Below are positions 27,918 to 38,035 of a stretch of 64,000 bases of DNA, piece by piece; position 1 is the first letter of the stretch, and each line of letters starts with the position of its first letter. Made by a program: the position numbers and the translations under genes. The notes beneath the pieces were generated by a model. The model searched no databases. It was not told the origin of the DNA and worked only from the letters and a program-made list of their open reading frames with translations. Source of the DNA: a plasmid. The stretch is from the sequence record NZ_CP020440.2. One strand, 5' to 3'.

Positions 27918-29930
27918 ATGGCCATTCCAACAAATGTCGAAACGACCTTCCTTCTGGGGCGCCTGAACTGGGACGCCATCCCGAAGGAGCCGATCGTCAT
28001 GGCGACCTTCGTGGTCGTCGCCCTGGGCGGCATCGCCATGGTCGCCGCCCTGACCAAATACCGCCTGTGGGGCTATCTGTGGCACGAGTGGTTCACCTCG
28101 ATCGACCACAAGAAGATCGGGATCATGTACATGATCCTGGGCATCGTCATGTTCGTGCGTGGCTTTGCCGACGCGGTGATGATGCGCATCCAGCAGGCCA
28201 TGGCCTTCAACGGGTCCGAGGGCTACCTGAACGCGCACCACTATGACCAGATCTTCACGGCGCATGGCGTCATCATGATCTTCTTCGTGGCGATGCCGGT
28301 CGTCACGGGGCTGATGAACTATATCGTGCCCCTGCAGATTGGCGCGCGCGACGTGTCCTTCCCGTTCCTGAACAACTTCTCGTTCTGGATGACGACGGGC
28401 GGCGCGGTGATCGTCATGGCCTCGCTGTTCGTGGGCGAATTCGCGCAGACCGGCTGGCTGGCCTTCCCGCCGCTGTCGGGCATCGCCTATTCCCCCTGGG
28501 TCGGCGTCGACTATTACATCTGGGGCCTTCAGGTCGCGGGCGTCGGCACCACGCTGTCGGGCATCAACCTGCTGGTCACCATCCTGAAGATGCGCGCCCC
28601 GGGCATGACCATGATGCGGATGCCGATCTTTACCTGGACGTCGTTCTGCACCAACATCCTGATCGTGGCGTCGTTCCCGGTGCTGACCATGACGCTGATC
28701 CTGCTGACGCTGGACCGCTATCTGGGCACCAACTTCTTCACCAACGACCTTGGTGGCAATCCGATGATGTACATCAACCTCATCTGGATCTGGGGCCACC
28801 CCGAGGTCTATATCCTGATCCTGCCGCTGTTCGGCGTCTATTCGGAAATCGCGGCCACCTTCTCGGGCAAGCGGCTGTTCGGCTATACCTCGATGGTCTA
28901 TGCCACCATCTGCATCACGGTCCTGAGCTATCTGGTCTGGCTGCACCACTTCTTCACCATGGGATCGGGCGCGTCGGTGAACTCGTTCTTCGGGATCACC
29001 ACGATGATCATCTCGATCCCGACGGGCGCCAAGATCTTCAACTGGCTGTTCACCATGTACCGCGGCCGCGTGCGCTATGAACTGCCGATGATGTGGCTGG
29101 TGGCCTTCATGCTGACCTTCGTCATCGGCGGCATGACGGGCGTGCTGCTGGCCGTGCCGCCGGCGGATTTCGTGCTGCACAACTCGCTGTTCCTAATCGC
29201 GCACTTCCACAACGTCATCATCGGCGGCGTGCTGTTCGGGACCTTCGCCGCGATCAACTTCTGGTGGCCCAAGGCCTTCGGCTTCAAGCTGAACGTGTTC
29301 TGGGGCAAGGTCCAGTTCTGGTGCTGGGTCGTCGGCTTCTGGGTGGCGTTCATGCCGCTTTATATCCTGGGCCTGATGGGCGTGACCCGCCGGGTGCGCG
29401 TCTTCGACGACCCGAGCCTGCAGATCTGGTTCATCATCGCCGGCATCGGCGCGGCGCTGATCGCCGCCGGGATCGGTGCGATGTTCGTGCAGTTCGCCGT
29501 CTCGATCTGGAAGCGGAACGAACCCGAATACCGCGACGTGACGGGCGATCCGTGGAACGGGCGGACGCTGGAATGGGCGACCTCGTCGCCGCCGCCCTTC
29601 TACAACTTCGCCTTCACGCCGGTGGTCCACGGGCTGGACGCCTGGTGGGACATGAAGCAGGCGGGCGCCGCGCGTCCCAAGGCCGATTACATCCCGATCC
29701 ACATGCCGCATTACACCGGCAGCGGGGTGGTTCTGGCGGGGCTGTCCACCCTCTGCGGCCTTGCGATGATCTGGTACATCTGGTGGCTGGCCGTCCTGTC
29801 CTTTGTCGGCATCGTCGGTTATGCGACCTGGCACACCTTCAACTATGACCGCGACTATTACGTCCCCGCCGAGGAAGTGCGCGAGACGGAAGAAGCCCGC
29901 GACCGCGCGCTGGCCGCACAGGGAGCCTGA
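27918..29930 (+). CDS. cyoB: cytochrome o/ba3-type ubiquinol oxidase subunit I
   Basis: 670 aa with a heme-copper oxidase subunit I signature ([26 protein letters not shown]) and a CyoB-type N-terminus ([11 protein letters not shown]). Confidence 0.9.
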   Translation: MAIPTNVETTFLLGRLNWDAIPKEPIVMATFVVVALGGIAMVAALTKYRLWGYLWHEWFTSIDHKKIGIMYMILGIVMFVRGFADAVMMRIQQAMAFNGSEGYLNAHHYDQIFTAHGVIMIFFVAMPVVTGLMNYIVPLQIGARDVSFPFLNNFSFWMTTGGAVIVMASLFVGEFAQTGWLAFPPLSGIAYSPWVGVDYYIWGLQVAGVGTTLSGINLLVTILKMRAPGMTMMRMPIFTWTSFCTNILIVASFPVLTMTLILLTLDRYLGTNFFTNDLGGNPMMYINLIWIWGHPEVYILILPLFGVYSEIAATFSGKRLFGYTSMVYATICITVLSYLVWLHHFFTMGSGASVNSFFGITTMIISIPTGAKIFNWLFTMYRGRVRYELPMMWLVAFMLTFVIGGMTGVLLAVPPADFVLHNSLFLIAHFHNVIIGGVLFGTFAAINFWWPKAFGFKLNVFWGKVQFWCWVVGFWVAFMPLYILGLMGVTRRVRVFDDPSLQIWFIIAGIGAALIAAGIGAMFVQFAVSIWKRNEPEYRDVTGDPWNGRTLEWATSSPPPFYNFAFTPVVHGLDAWWDMKQAGAARPKADYIPIHMPHYTGSGVVLAGLSTLCGLAMIWYIWWLAVLSFVGIVGYATWHTFNYDRDYYVPAEEVRETEEARDRALAAQGA

Positions 29931-29933
29931 GGC

Positions 29934-30554
29934 ATGAGCACCGCAACCGAACTCAAGTCCCCCGCCGAATACTGGGAGACCGAGCCCCACCATCATCCGG
30001 AAGGCGCCTCGACCAGCATCGGGTTCTGGGTCTACCTGATGAGCGACTGCCTGATGTTCGCGGTCCTTTTCGCCTGCTACGGCGTGCTTCAGGGCAACCT
30101 GGCCGCCGGTCCGGGGCCGAAGGACCTGTTCGACCTGGAGCTGGTCGCGATCAACACGGCGATGCTGCTGTTCTCGTCGATCACCTACGGCTTTGCCATG
30201 CTGTCCATGGCCAAGGGCGACCGCAGCGGCACGCTGCGCTGGCTGGGGATCACGCTGTTCTTCGGCCTGTGCTTCCTGGCCATCGAGCTTTACGAGTTCC
30301 ACCACCTGATCCACATCGGTGCGGGACCGGGACGCTCGGCCTTCCTGTCGGCCTTCTTCACGCTGGTCGGCACCCACGGGCTGCACGTCACCTTCGGCTC
30401 GATCTGGCTGGTGACGCTGATGGTCCAGGTGTCGAAATTCGGGCTGACCCAGGCCAACCAGCGCCGGCTGATGTGCCTGAGCCTGTTCTGGCACTTCCTG
30501 GACCTGATCTGGATCGGGGTCTTTACCGTCGTCTATCTGCTGGGGGTGCTGTGA
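29934..30554 (+). CDS. cyoC: cytochrome o ubiquinol oxidase subunit III
   Basis: 206 aa. The subunit III family sequence is clear. Confidence 0.85.
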   Translation: MSTATELKSPAEYWETEPHHHPEGASTSIGFWVYLMSDCLMFAVLFACYGVLQGNLAAGPGPKDLFDLELVAINTAMLLFSSITYGFAMLSMAKGDRSGTLRWLGITLFFGLCFLAIELYEFHHLIHIGAGPGRSAFLSAFFTLVGTHGLHVTFGSIWLVTLMVQVSKFGLTQANQRRLMCLSLFWHFLDLIWIGVFTVVYLLGVL

Positions 30555-30955
30555 TGGCCCATTCGCACAATCATCATCACGACGCGCATCATGGAGACCA
30601 TGGCCACGGCCAGGGCGATCACCATGACCACGGCAGCTATTCCAGCTATATCACCGGCTTCGTGCTGGCGGTGATCCTGACGGTCATTCCCTTCGGCATC
30701 GTCATGGGCGGCTGGATCGACAGCCGGCCGCTGGCCGTGGGCATCATCGTGATCTGCGCCGTGGCGCAGATGCTGGTCCACATGGTCTATTTCCTGCACA
30801 TGAACAGCCGCGCCGAAGAGGGCTGGACCCTGCTGTCGACGCTGTTCACCATCGTCATCGTGGTGATCGTCCTGGCCGGTTCGCTGTGGGTCATGTTCCA
30901 TATGAACCAGAACATGATGCCGCAGATGAACCACGAACTGCAGGTCATGCCGTGA
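30554..30955 (+). CDS. cyoD: cytochrome o ubiquinol oxidase subunit IV with a histidine-rich N-terminal extension
   Basis: 133 aa from MAHSHNHHHDAHHGDHGHGQGDHHDHGSYSSYITGFVLAVILTVIPF. Three TM helices typical of CyoD. The ATG overlaps the cyoC stop (ATGA). It is the C-terminal part of track ORF 30269..30955. Confidence 0.7.
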   Translation: MAHSHNHHHDAHHGDHGHGQGDHHDHGSYSSYITGFVLAVILTVIPFGIVMGGWIDSRPLAVGIIVICAVAQMLVHMVYFLHMNSRAEEGWTLLSTLFTIVIVVIVLAGSLWVMFHMNQNMMPQMNHELQVMP

Positions 30956-31695
30956 CCCAGCGCGCGGCCCCCGGCGGGCCGCGCAGGCGCGGCGCGGGCT
31001 GGTGGCTGATGGCGCTCGCCTCGGCGCTTGGCGTCGTCGTGCTGTGCGCGCTGGGGGTCTGGCAGGTCCAGCGCCTGCACTGGAAGACCGACCTGATCGC
31101 CCGGGTCGAGGCGCGGCTGGCCGCCCCGCCGGCCCCTGCGCCGGGGCCGGGCGACTGGCTTGGCCTCACCGCAAAGGACGACGAATACCGCCGCGTCGCG
31201 GTGACGGGCCGCTACGATTTCGCGGCCGAGGAACTGGCCCAGGCGGTGACCGCGCAAGGCCCCGGCTTTTGGGTGATGACGCCCCTGGAAACCTCGCAGG
31301 GCTGGGCCGTCTGGATCAACCGCGGCTTCGTTCCCATGGACCGCCGCGAGGCCGCCAACCGCGCCCGCCCGGACGGGACGGTCGAGGTCACGGGCCTGCT
31401 GCGCATGACCCAGCCGGACGGCGCCTTCCTGCGCAAGAACGACCCGCAGGCCGGGCGCTGGTATTCGCGCGATGTCGCGGCCCTGTCGGCGCAGCACGGC
31501 ATCGCGCAGGCCGCGCCCTATTTCATCGACGCCGAGGCGGGTGAAGTCGCGGGCGCGCTGCCCGTCGGCGGGCTGACCGTGGTGAGTTTTCGCAACACCC
31601 ACCTCAGCTATGCGCTGACCTGGTTCGCTATGGCGACGGGCCTGGCCGCCGCCTCGGTCTTTGCACTCAGGCGGGACGGCCGCGACGAGCCCTAG
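30952..31695 (+). CDS. SURF1-family cytochrome oxidase assembly protein
   Basis: GTG start overlapping the cyoD stop (GTGA); an alternative ATG lies at about 31009. An N-terminal TM segment (WWLMALASALGVVVLCALGVWQVQRLHWK) is followed by a SURF1 core and a C-terminal TM segment. Confidence 0.65.
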   Translation: MTQRAAPGGPRRRGAGWWLMALASALGVVVLCALGVWQVQRLHWKTDLIARVEARLAAPPAPAPGPGDWLGLTAKDDEYRRVAVTGRYDFAAEELAQAVTAQGPGFWVMTPLETSQGWAVWINRGFVPMDRREAANRARPDGTVEVTGLLRMTQPDGAFLRKNDPQAGRWYSRDVAALSAQHGIAQAAPYFIDAEAGEVAGALPVGGLTVVSFRNTHLSYALTWFAMATGLAAASVFALRRDGRDEP

Positions 31696-33062
31696 GCCGC
31701 CGAGGCGTGCTTTCGTCCCTCGAGGTCGGTCACGAAGTTTTCCGCCCAGACCGAGACCGGGTAGCGTTCCAGCCGCCGCAGCATGTCGGTATGACGCTCG
31801 CGCCGTTCGGCGATGGACATGGTCAGGGCGCGGGCGATGGCGTTGGCCACCTCTTCGACGTCATAGGGGTTCACGATCAGCGCCGACTGCATCTCGGCCG
31901 CGGCGCCCGCGAACTGGGACAGCACCAGGACGCCCGGATCCTCGGGGTCCTGGGCGGCGACATATTCCTTGGCGACCAGGTTCATGCCGTCGCGCAACGG
32001 CGTCACCAGCCCGACCCGTGCCAGCCGGTAAAGCCCGGCCAGCAGGCTGTGGCTGAAGGCGCGGTTGATATAGCGCACCGGAACCCAGTCGAGCGTGCCG
32101 TAGCTGGCGTTCAGCCGGCCCGCGCGCTCGGCCACCTCTTGCTGGATGCGATCGTAGCCTTCGATCCCGCTGCGCGAGGCCGGGGTGATCTGCAGGAAGC
32201 TGACGCGGTTGTGCAGCCCGGCATGGTTTTCCAGCAGCTGCTCGATGGCGCGCAGGCGCTCGGGCAGGCCCTTGGAGTAGTCCAGCCGGTCCACCCCGAT
32301 CACCAGGTCGCGGGGGCCGAAGCGCTGGTGCAGGTCGCGGATGCGGGGCAGGTCGCGGGCGCGGCGGGCGCGGGCGGTGAAGCCGCGCGTGTCGATCGAG
32401 ATCGGATAAGCGCCGATCCGGGTCCCGCGCGGCGAGGTCGCGCGCTCCAGCCGGTGGCGCGCGGCGTCCAGCGCGTCGCGCAGGTTCTTCGCGTCCCCGG
32501 GCGTCTGCAGGCCCACCACATCATAGGCCAGCATCTCGGACAGGAAATCGTCGGCGCGGGGCAGGGCGCGGAACAGGTCATGCGCCGGCCAGGGAATGTG
32601 GTGGAAATAGCCGATGCGGTTCGTCACCCCCAGCGCGCGAAGCTTGGCCGCAAGCGGCATCAGGTGATAGTCGTGCACCCACACCAAATCGCCCGGCTGC
32701 AGCAGCCCGACCAGGACGCGGGCGAATTTCTCGTTCACCGCCAGATAGCGCTCCATCGCCGTGCGGTTGAATTCCAGCAGGTCCGGGCGGTAATGGCACA
32801 GCGGCCACAGGACCGAATTCGAGATGCCCTCGTAATAGCCCGCGATGTCCTCCGGGGTCAGGTCCAGGGCGGCATAGGTGACGTTGCCTTCGTCGACCAG
32901 CCGCAGGTCGTCGGTCGCGTCCTCGACCGCGCGGCCCGACCAGCCGAGCCACAGCCCTTCGTGATGTTTAAGCGCGGCTTCCAATGCCACCGCAAGCCCT
33001 CCGGCCGCGACGCCCTTGCCAAGGGCGGGCAGGCGATTCGACACGACGACAAGGCGGCTCAT
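31692..33062 (-). CDS. otsA: alpha,alpha-trehalose-phosphate synthase (UDP-forming)
   Basis: 456 aa from [12 protein letters not shown] (canonical OtsA N-terminus), GT20 family. The start overlaps the upstream GH15 stop by 4 nt. Confidence 0.85.
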   Translation of the reverse strand: MSRLVVVSNRLPALGKGVAAGGLAVALEAALKHHEGLWLGWSGRAVEDATDDLRLVDEGNVTYAALDLTPEDIAGYYEGISNSVLWPLCHYRPDLLEFNRTAMERYLAVNEKFARVLVGLLQPGDLVWVHDYHLMPLAAKLRALGVTNRIGYFHHIPWPAHDLFRALPRADDFLSEMLAYDVVGLQTPGDAKNLRDALDAARHRLERATSPRGTRIGAYPISIDTRGFTARARRARDLPRIRDLHQRFGPRDLVIGVDRLDYSKGLPERLRAIEQLLENHAGLHNRVSFLQITPASRSGIEGYDRIQQEVAERAGRLNASYGTLDWVPVRYINRAFSHSLLAGLYRLARVGLVTPLRDGMNLVAKEYVAAQDPEDPGVLVLSQFAGAAAEMQSALIVNPYDVEEVANAIARALTMSIAERRERHTDMLRRLERYPVSVWAENFVTDLEGRKHASAA

Positions 33063-34855
33063 ACGACCTCCTCCCAGCTTCTGGACAGTTTCATCGCGGC
33101 ATCGACCAGGCCGACCATGGAATAGGTCTGGGGGAAATTGCCCCAGAGCTGGCCCGTTTCGACGTGGATCCCCTCGGACAGCAGCCCCAGCCGGTTGCGC
33201 TGCGCCAGCACCTCGTCGAAGATCTCGCGCGCTTCGTCGTGGCGACCCAGCCGGCACAGCGCGTCGATCAGCCAGAAGGTGCAGGCGTTGAAGGCCGTCT
33301 CGGGCGTGCCGAAATCGTCCGGAGCCTTGTAGCGGAACAGGTGGTGGCCCTGGCGCAGCTGCTCCTCGATCGCGGCGACGGTGGACTGGTAGCGGGCGTT
33401 CGCGCCCGTGGTATAGCCGACCTCGGTCATCAGAAGCAGGCTTGCGTCCAGATCCTCGCCGTCGAAGGTCATCACATAGCTTTCCAGCCGGGGGTTCCAG
33501 CCGCGCGCCTCGATGGCGTCGCGGATGGTGTCGGCATGGCCCGCCCAGAACGAGGCGCGGTCGGGCAGCCCAAGCTGCGCCGCGATGCGCGCCAGCCGGT
33601 CGCAGGCGCCCCAGCACATCAGCGCGGAATGGGTGTGGATGCTTTCGCGGGTGCGGAATTCCCACAGGCCGGCGTCGGGCGTGTTCCAGCGCGCCACCGC
33701 CTGGTGGCCCAGGTTCTCGAGCCGCTCGAACAGGTCTGTGCCGCCCAGACGGGGCAGACGTTCGTCGAAAAAGCACTGGCTGACCGCCAGTATGACCGAG
33801 CCGTAGCCGTCGTTCTGGACCTGGGTATAGGCCGCGTTGCCGCGCCGCACGGGGGCATTGCCGCGGTAGCCGGCCAGATGGGGGCACTCCTCCTCGGTGA
33901 TGATGCGTTCGTGGCCCAGGCCGAACAGCGGCTGCATGTAGCCGTCCGGCGCCCCGGTCGCGAGGTTCAGGACGTAATCGAGATAGTCCTCCATCGTCTT
34001 GGTGACGCCAAGCGCGTTCAGCGCCTTGACCGTGAAGAAACTGTCGCGCAGCCAGCAGAAGCGGTAATCCCAGTTCCGGCCGGTGCCCTGGTATTCGGGG
34101 ATCGAGGTGGTCAGCGCGGCCACGATGCCGCCGGTTTCCTCGTATTCGCACAGTTTCAGCGTGATCGCGGCGCGGATCACCGCCTCCTGGTAATCGGGCG
34201 GGATCGAGAGCGCGCGGACCCAGTCCAGCCAGTAATCCTGCGTCCGTTCAAGGAAGCGGTCGGCGATCACCTGCGGCGCATCGCTCAGCGGCTCGTTCGG
34301 GCCCAGCAGGAAGACTTGCGGCCGGTCCAGCAGGAAGGGCGTTTCGTTCAGCACGAATTCGATCGGCGCGGTGGTGGTCAGGCGCAGTTCTTCGGGGCCG
34401 AGCTCATAGCGGACGTGGTTCGATCCGCGCCGGACCCGCGCCGGATGCTCGCCATAGCCGTGCCGCGGGCGCAGGCGCATGGTGATGCGGGGCATGCCCG
34501 TCAGGGGCTCGATCATGCGCACCAGGGTACGGCCGCGGAACATCCTGCCGCGGTCGCGAAAGCGCGGCATGAAGTCGGTGATGCGCAGGCTGTTGCCCTG
34601 GTCGTCCGTCAGCACGGTTTCCAGGATGGCGGTGTTGCGGCGATAGGCCTGGTGGCACTCGGCCAGGTTGTCCACCCGGATCGACCAGCGCCCCTCGTCG
34701 GGGCCGGCGACGGGTTCCAGAAGGCCGCAGAACAGCGGATCGCCGTCGAAGCGGGGCAGGCACATCCAGCAGATGTCGCCCCGCGCGTCGACCAGCGCGG
34801 CGGTCGCGGCATTGCCGATCAGGCCCAGGTCCAGCGAGGTGGGCAAAGCGGTCAT
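33059..34855 (-). CDS. glycoside hydrolase family 15 protein (glucoamylase/trehalase-like)
   Basis: 598 aa from MTALPTSLDLGLIGN. An (alpha/alpha)6-barrel GH15 catalytic region (WDYRFCWLRDS, motifs around MCWGACD) plus an N-terminal beta-sandwich domain. Located between otsB and otsA and overlapping both. Confidence 0.75.
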   Translation of the reverse strand: MTALPTSLDLGLIGNAATAALVDARGDICWMCLPRFDGDPLFCGLLEPVAGPDEGRWSIRVDNLAECHQAYRRNTAILETVLTDDQGNSLRITDFMPRFRDRGRMFRGRTLVRMIEPLTGMPRITMRLRPRHGYGEHPARVRRGSNHVRYELGPEELRLTTTAPIEFVLNETPFLLDRPQVFLLGPNEPLSDAPQVIADRFLERTQDYWLDWVRALSIPPDYQEAVIRAAITLKLCEYEETGGIVAALTTSIPEYQGTGRNWDYRFCWLRDSFFTVKALNALGVTKTMEDYLDYVLNLATGAPDGYMQPLFGLGHERIITEEECPHLAGYRGNAPVRRGNAAYTQVQNDGYGSVILAVSQCFFDERLPRLGGTDLFERLENLGHQAVARWNTPDAGLWEFRTRESIHTHSALMCWGACDRLARIAAQLGLPDRASFWAGHADTIRDAIEARGWNPRLESYVMTFDGEDLDASLLLMTEVGYTTGANARYQSTVAAIEEQLRQGHHLFRYKAPDDFGTPETAFNACTFWLIDALCRLGRHDEAREIFDEVLAQRNRLGLLSEGIHVETGQLWGNFPQTYSMVGLVDAAMKLSRSWEEVV

Positions 34856-35598
34856 GCGGCCAGCCTCCGTTCCAGCCACAGCGCCAGGGCGGCGGGTCCG
34901 GGCAGATGGACATCGGCGGGCATGTCGCGTTCGCCCATGGCGACGGCGATGCCGCCCGCCTCGCGCGCGGCCCGCAGCATGGGCAGGTCGTTCAGGTCGT
35001 CGCCGAAGGCCACGGGGCGGCGCCCGGCAAAGGGCGGCACGGCCAGGAAGCGGCGTAGCGCCGTGCCCTTGTCGGCCCCCCGCGGCCGGATCTCGGCCAC
35101 GAACTTGCCGGGCTGGATGATCCAGCCGTCGCCCAGGTCGGCCAGGGCGCGGGTCGCGGCCTCGGTCATCGCGGCCTCGGCCATGGGGACGGCGCGCCAG
35201 TGCAGGGCCAGTCCTTCGCCCTTGTCCTCGAGGACAGAGCCGGGATGCGCCTCGGTCAGGGTCCGAAGCGGTTCGAGCAGCGGGCGCACCGCCGCGACGC
35301 GCCGCGCCCGGTCCGGGTCGTCGGACTCGGCCGGGTCGGGAAACTCGACCCCGTGCAGCCCCGCGACCGGGATCACCTCGCCCAGGCGTTCGTTGATCTC
35401 GGACCGCCCGCGCCCCGAGATGATCGCCACCGCGCCGCCCGTCCGCTCGCTGAGCCGCAAAAGGTCGTCGCGCAGCCGGTCCGAGATCGAGGCGTCCTGC
35501 GGGCGGTTGGTGAATTCGGCCAGGGTGCCGTCGAAATCGAAGAAGAAGGCGTGCCGGTCCAGGTCCAGGGTGGCAAGGTCGACGCTGGTGTCTTTCAA
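34852..35598 (-). CDS. otsB: trehalose-6-phosphate phosphatase
   Basis: HAD motif I (FFFDFDGTL) and a conserved GDDLND motif. A probable TTG start at 35596-35598 gives about 249 aa (LKDTSVDLATLDL...) with a GGAG-like Shine-Dalgarno sequence upstream. The track ORF extends a further 57 codons upstream, with no internal ATG before the HAD motif. Confidence 0.7.
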   Translation of the reverse strand: MKDTSVDLATLDLDRHAFFFDFDGTLAEFTNRPQDASISDRLRDDLLRLSERTGGAVAIISGRGRSEINERLGEVIPVAGLHGVEFPDPAESDDPDRARRVAAVRPLLEPLRTLTEAHPGSVLEDKGEGLALHWRAVPMAEAAMTEAATRALADLGDGWIIQPGKFVAEIRPRGADKGTALRRFLAVPPFAGRRPVAFGDDLNDLPMLRAAREAGGIAVAMGERDMPADVHLPGPAALALWLERRLAA

Positions 35599-35831
35599 GG
35601 GTCTCTCCGTTCCTTTGCGGGTCTTGCGACCGGCGGGACGCCTCCCGCCGGGGCGCCCGGTCACGCAAGAAATGCGTTCCGCCGCGCCATGGTTCCGCGC
35701 TGCGGCGCCCGGGGCCCGGCCGCGCCGCGCGATTGTTCGACAGGCAGGCAAGGATGCCCCCAAGGGCATGCCGCGACAGGGGTCATGCCTGGGGGTTTCG
35801 CACGATTATCGCGGAAAATCAAACGCCGCCG

Positions 35832-36011
35832 TCAGCGGCCGCGCCGCAGGAACAGCGCATAGGCCAGATACAGCCCCGCCGCGGCAAAGAGGCCCGCCCA
35901 GACATGGGCGCCGGAATAAAGCTCGACCCCCGCCCAGGCAAGCGGCAGGATCACGCACAGGAGCCGCACCCAGAGCGCGTCGAAGAAGGGATTGTTTGGA
36001 TCGACCAGCAT
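35832..36011 (-). CDS. hypothetical small membrane protein (59 aa, two predicted TM helices)
   Basis: Manual translation MLVDPNNPFFDALWVRLLCVILPLAWAGVELYSGAHVWAGLFAAAGLYLAYALFLRRGR. Just below the 60 aa track cut-off. The Shine-Dalgarno spacing is poor. Confidence 0.2.
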   Translation of the reverse strand: MLVDPNNPFFDALWVRLLCVILPLAWAGVELYSGAHVWAGLFAAAGLYLAYALFLRRGR

Positions 36012-36096
36012 GCCCCTTGATAGCCGGGCCCGGCCTGCGCCGAAAGGGCCAATCGGGGGGGACTGCCGGCCGGAACGGGCCGGCGGTCGTGTCGTG

Positions 36097-36833
36097 TCAC
36101 CAGCTGAAGTCGTCGCTGCTGAGCTGGTTCAGGCGCATGTCCTGGATCACCACCCGGTCGGCGCCAGCATTGATGACCACGCTGTCGCCGCTTTGAACCG
36201 CCGCGCCGCGAATGTCGGCGAAGCTGTCGAAACGGGCATAATAGGACAGGTCGATGCGGTCGTCGCCGTTCTCGAAATCGGTGATCACGTCGCGCCCGCC
36301 GTTCCAGACGAAGACGTCCGCGCCTTCGCCGCCGCTCATGGTGTCGTTGCCGGCACCGCCGTTCAGGGTATCGTTGCCTTCGTGTCCGAACAGCCGGTCG
36401 TTGCCGGCCTCGGCCAGGATGCGGTCATCGCCTTCGCCGCCATAGATGATGTCGGCGCCCGCGCCCGAACGGACCACGTCATTGCCTTCGCCCGCCCAGA
36501 TCCGGTCGGCGCCCGAGCCGGTCACCGCGCTGTCGTTGCCTTCGCCCAGGGTGATGCGGTTGTTGCCGTGGCCGGCGTTCACCACGTCGTTGCCGTCACC
36601 CGCGTCGATGATGTCGTTGCCGGCGCCGGCCGTGATGACGTCGTTGCCTTCGCCGCCCAGGACGCGGTTGTGGCCCTGGCCCGCGTTGATGCGGTCGTTG
36701 CCTTCGCCCCGTCGATGGTGTCGGCACCGTTGTAGCCGTTGATGGTATCGTCCCCGGACATGCCCCAGATCCGGTCAACCAGATTGGTGCCGTTCAGGCG
36801 GTTGTCGTCGTCGTTGCCACGAATGTTGGCCAT
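36097..36833 (-). pseudogene. RTX-type calcium-binding repeat (hemolysin-type GGxGxDxxx) protein, disrupted by a -1 frameshift at about 36708-36712
   Basis: Track ORFs 36579..36848 and 36097..36585 are two pieces of one gene (MANIRGNDDDNRLNGT...TIDG / GEGNDRINAGQGHNRVLGGEGNDVITAGAGNDIIDAGDGNDVVNAGHGNN...). The expected ...GACGGCGGCGAAGGC... reads ...GACGGGGCGAAGGC..., one base short, so the nonapeptide repeat register jumps frames. Intact length would be about 245 aa. Confidence 0.6.
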
Positions 36834-36988
36834 GATGGTCTCCGTCATGCAATCGTCTGTGCCGGCGGGTCAGAGCGGACCCAAGGGACCCCTCGCCGCG
36901 CAGGGCTGCCGGTTCGGCCGCTGCGCGGGGCGGTGCGCGGCTTGGTCGGCCCGCACGTTCCACAAGGATGACGCGGCGGATGGGGGGA

Positions 36989-38035
36989 TTATTCCGCACC
37001 CGCGGCAAATATCTGTCCTTCGGCGGAAGCTTGCCGGTCGCAGGCCCCGGCGGCGCTGTCGCGGTAACGGGCCGGGGTCGTGCCCTCGAGCTTGAGAAAG
37101 GCGCGGTGGAAGGCCCCCGGCTCGGCATAGCCCAGCCGCGCGGCGATGCGGGCGACGCTGTCGGTGCCGTCGCGCAGCAGGCGGCAGGCCTGGGCGTGGC
37201 GCATCTCGGCGCGCAGGGCGGCAAAGCCCTGGCCCTCGGCCCGCAGGCGGCGGCGCAGCGTGGCGGGCGACAGGCCAAGGTCGCGCGCGAGCCTGTCGAA
37301 GTCGGGCCATTCGGCGGGCGCCGTCGCGCGCAGCAGCGCCCGGACCCGCCCCGAGACGCCCTGATCGTGGCGATAGCGCAGCAGGATGTTCGCCGGCGCC
37401 CCGCGCAGAAAGGTCTTGAGCGCCTTTTCACTGCGGATCGTCGGCAAGGCGAGGTGCCGGGCGGCCAGCACCAGCCGGCTTTCGGGCTGGTCGAAATGCA
37501 CCGGCGCGCCAAAGAACTGGCGGTAATCCTGCCGGTTCGGCGGGGCCGGGCCGGCAAAGTCCACCCGGACCAGCGGCAGGCGGCGTCCGACCAGCCAGCA
37601 CATCAGCCCCAGCAGGATCAGCCAATAGGCGCGATAGGCGAAGGCCGGGCGCGGGCCCGCCCGGTCGGTCAGCACGATCTCGGCCCGGCCGTCGCGCAGG
37701 ACCACCCGGCCCTGCGGATCGTCCAGCACCACGTTCAGGAAGCGCAGCGCCCGGGGCAGCGCGCGTTCCAGCCGGCCCGCGTGCAGCACGGCATGGCCCA
37801 TCAGCGCAAAGCTGCCCGGCCGCATCGGCCGCGCGGCCATGCCGAAGATCTCGCAGCCGATGCGGTCCGCGATGGCCAGCCACAGCCGGCCGTATTGCAG
37901 GTTGTCGACCGGCCCCCGGGCGTCGGGCGCGATCCCCGCGCGGGCGAGCACCGGGCCGGGGTCGATGCCGCGCGCGGTCAGGCTGGCCAGCGCGTCCTGC
38001 ACGAAGCCTTGAGAAATCATGCTGCGTTCGGCCAC
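36989..38035 (-). CDS. AraC-family transcriptional regulator (AraC-binding-like N-terminal domain)
   Basis: 348 aa with a C-terminal AraC HTH (ACRLLRDGTDSVARIAARLGYAEPGAFHRAF). Divergent from the acyl-CoA ligase operon with 141 bp between the starts. GTG start at 38033-38035 or ATG at 38018-38020. Confidence 0.7.
   Translation of the reverse strand: MAERSMISQGFVQDALASLTARGIDPGPVLARAGIAPDARGPVDNLQYGRLWLAIADRIGCEIFGMAARPMRPGSFALMGHAVLHAGRLERALPRALRFLNVVLDDPQGRVVLRDGRAEIVLTDRAGPRPAFAYRAYWLILLGLMCWLVGRRLPLVRVDFAGPAPPNRQDYRQFFGAPVHFDQPESRLVLAARHLALPTIRSEKALKTFLRGAPANILLRYRHDQGVSGRVRALLRATAPAEWPDFDRLARDLGLSPATLRRRLRAEGQGFAALRAEMRHAQACRLLRDGTDSVARIAARLGYAEPGAFHRAFLKLEGTTPARYRDSAAGACDRQASAEGQIFAAGAE

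Noticed and set aside
36097-36848. Periodic 27-nt repeats that could superficially resemble a short CRISPR-like array
   Set aside because: The periodicity is the coding nonapeptide GGxGxDxxx repeat of an RTX calcium-binding domain. There are no spacers with unique sequence and no cas genes anywhere in the window.
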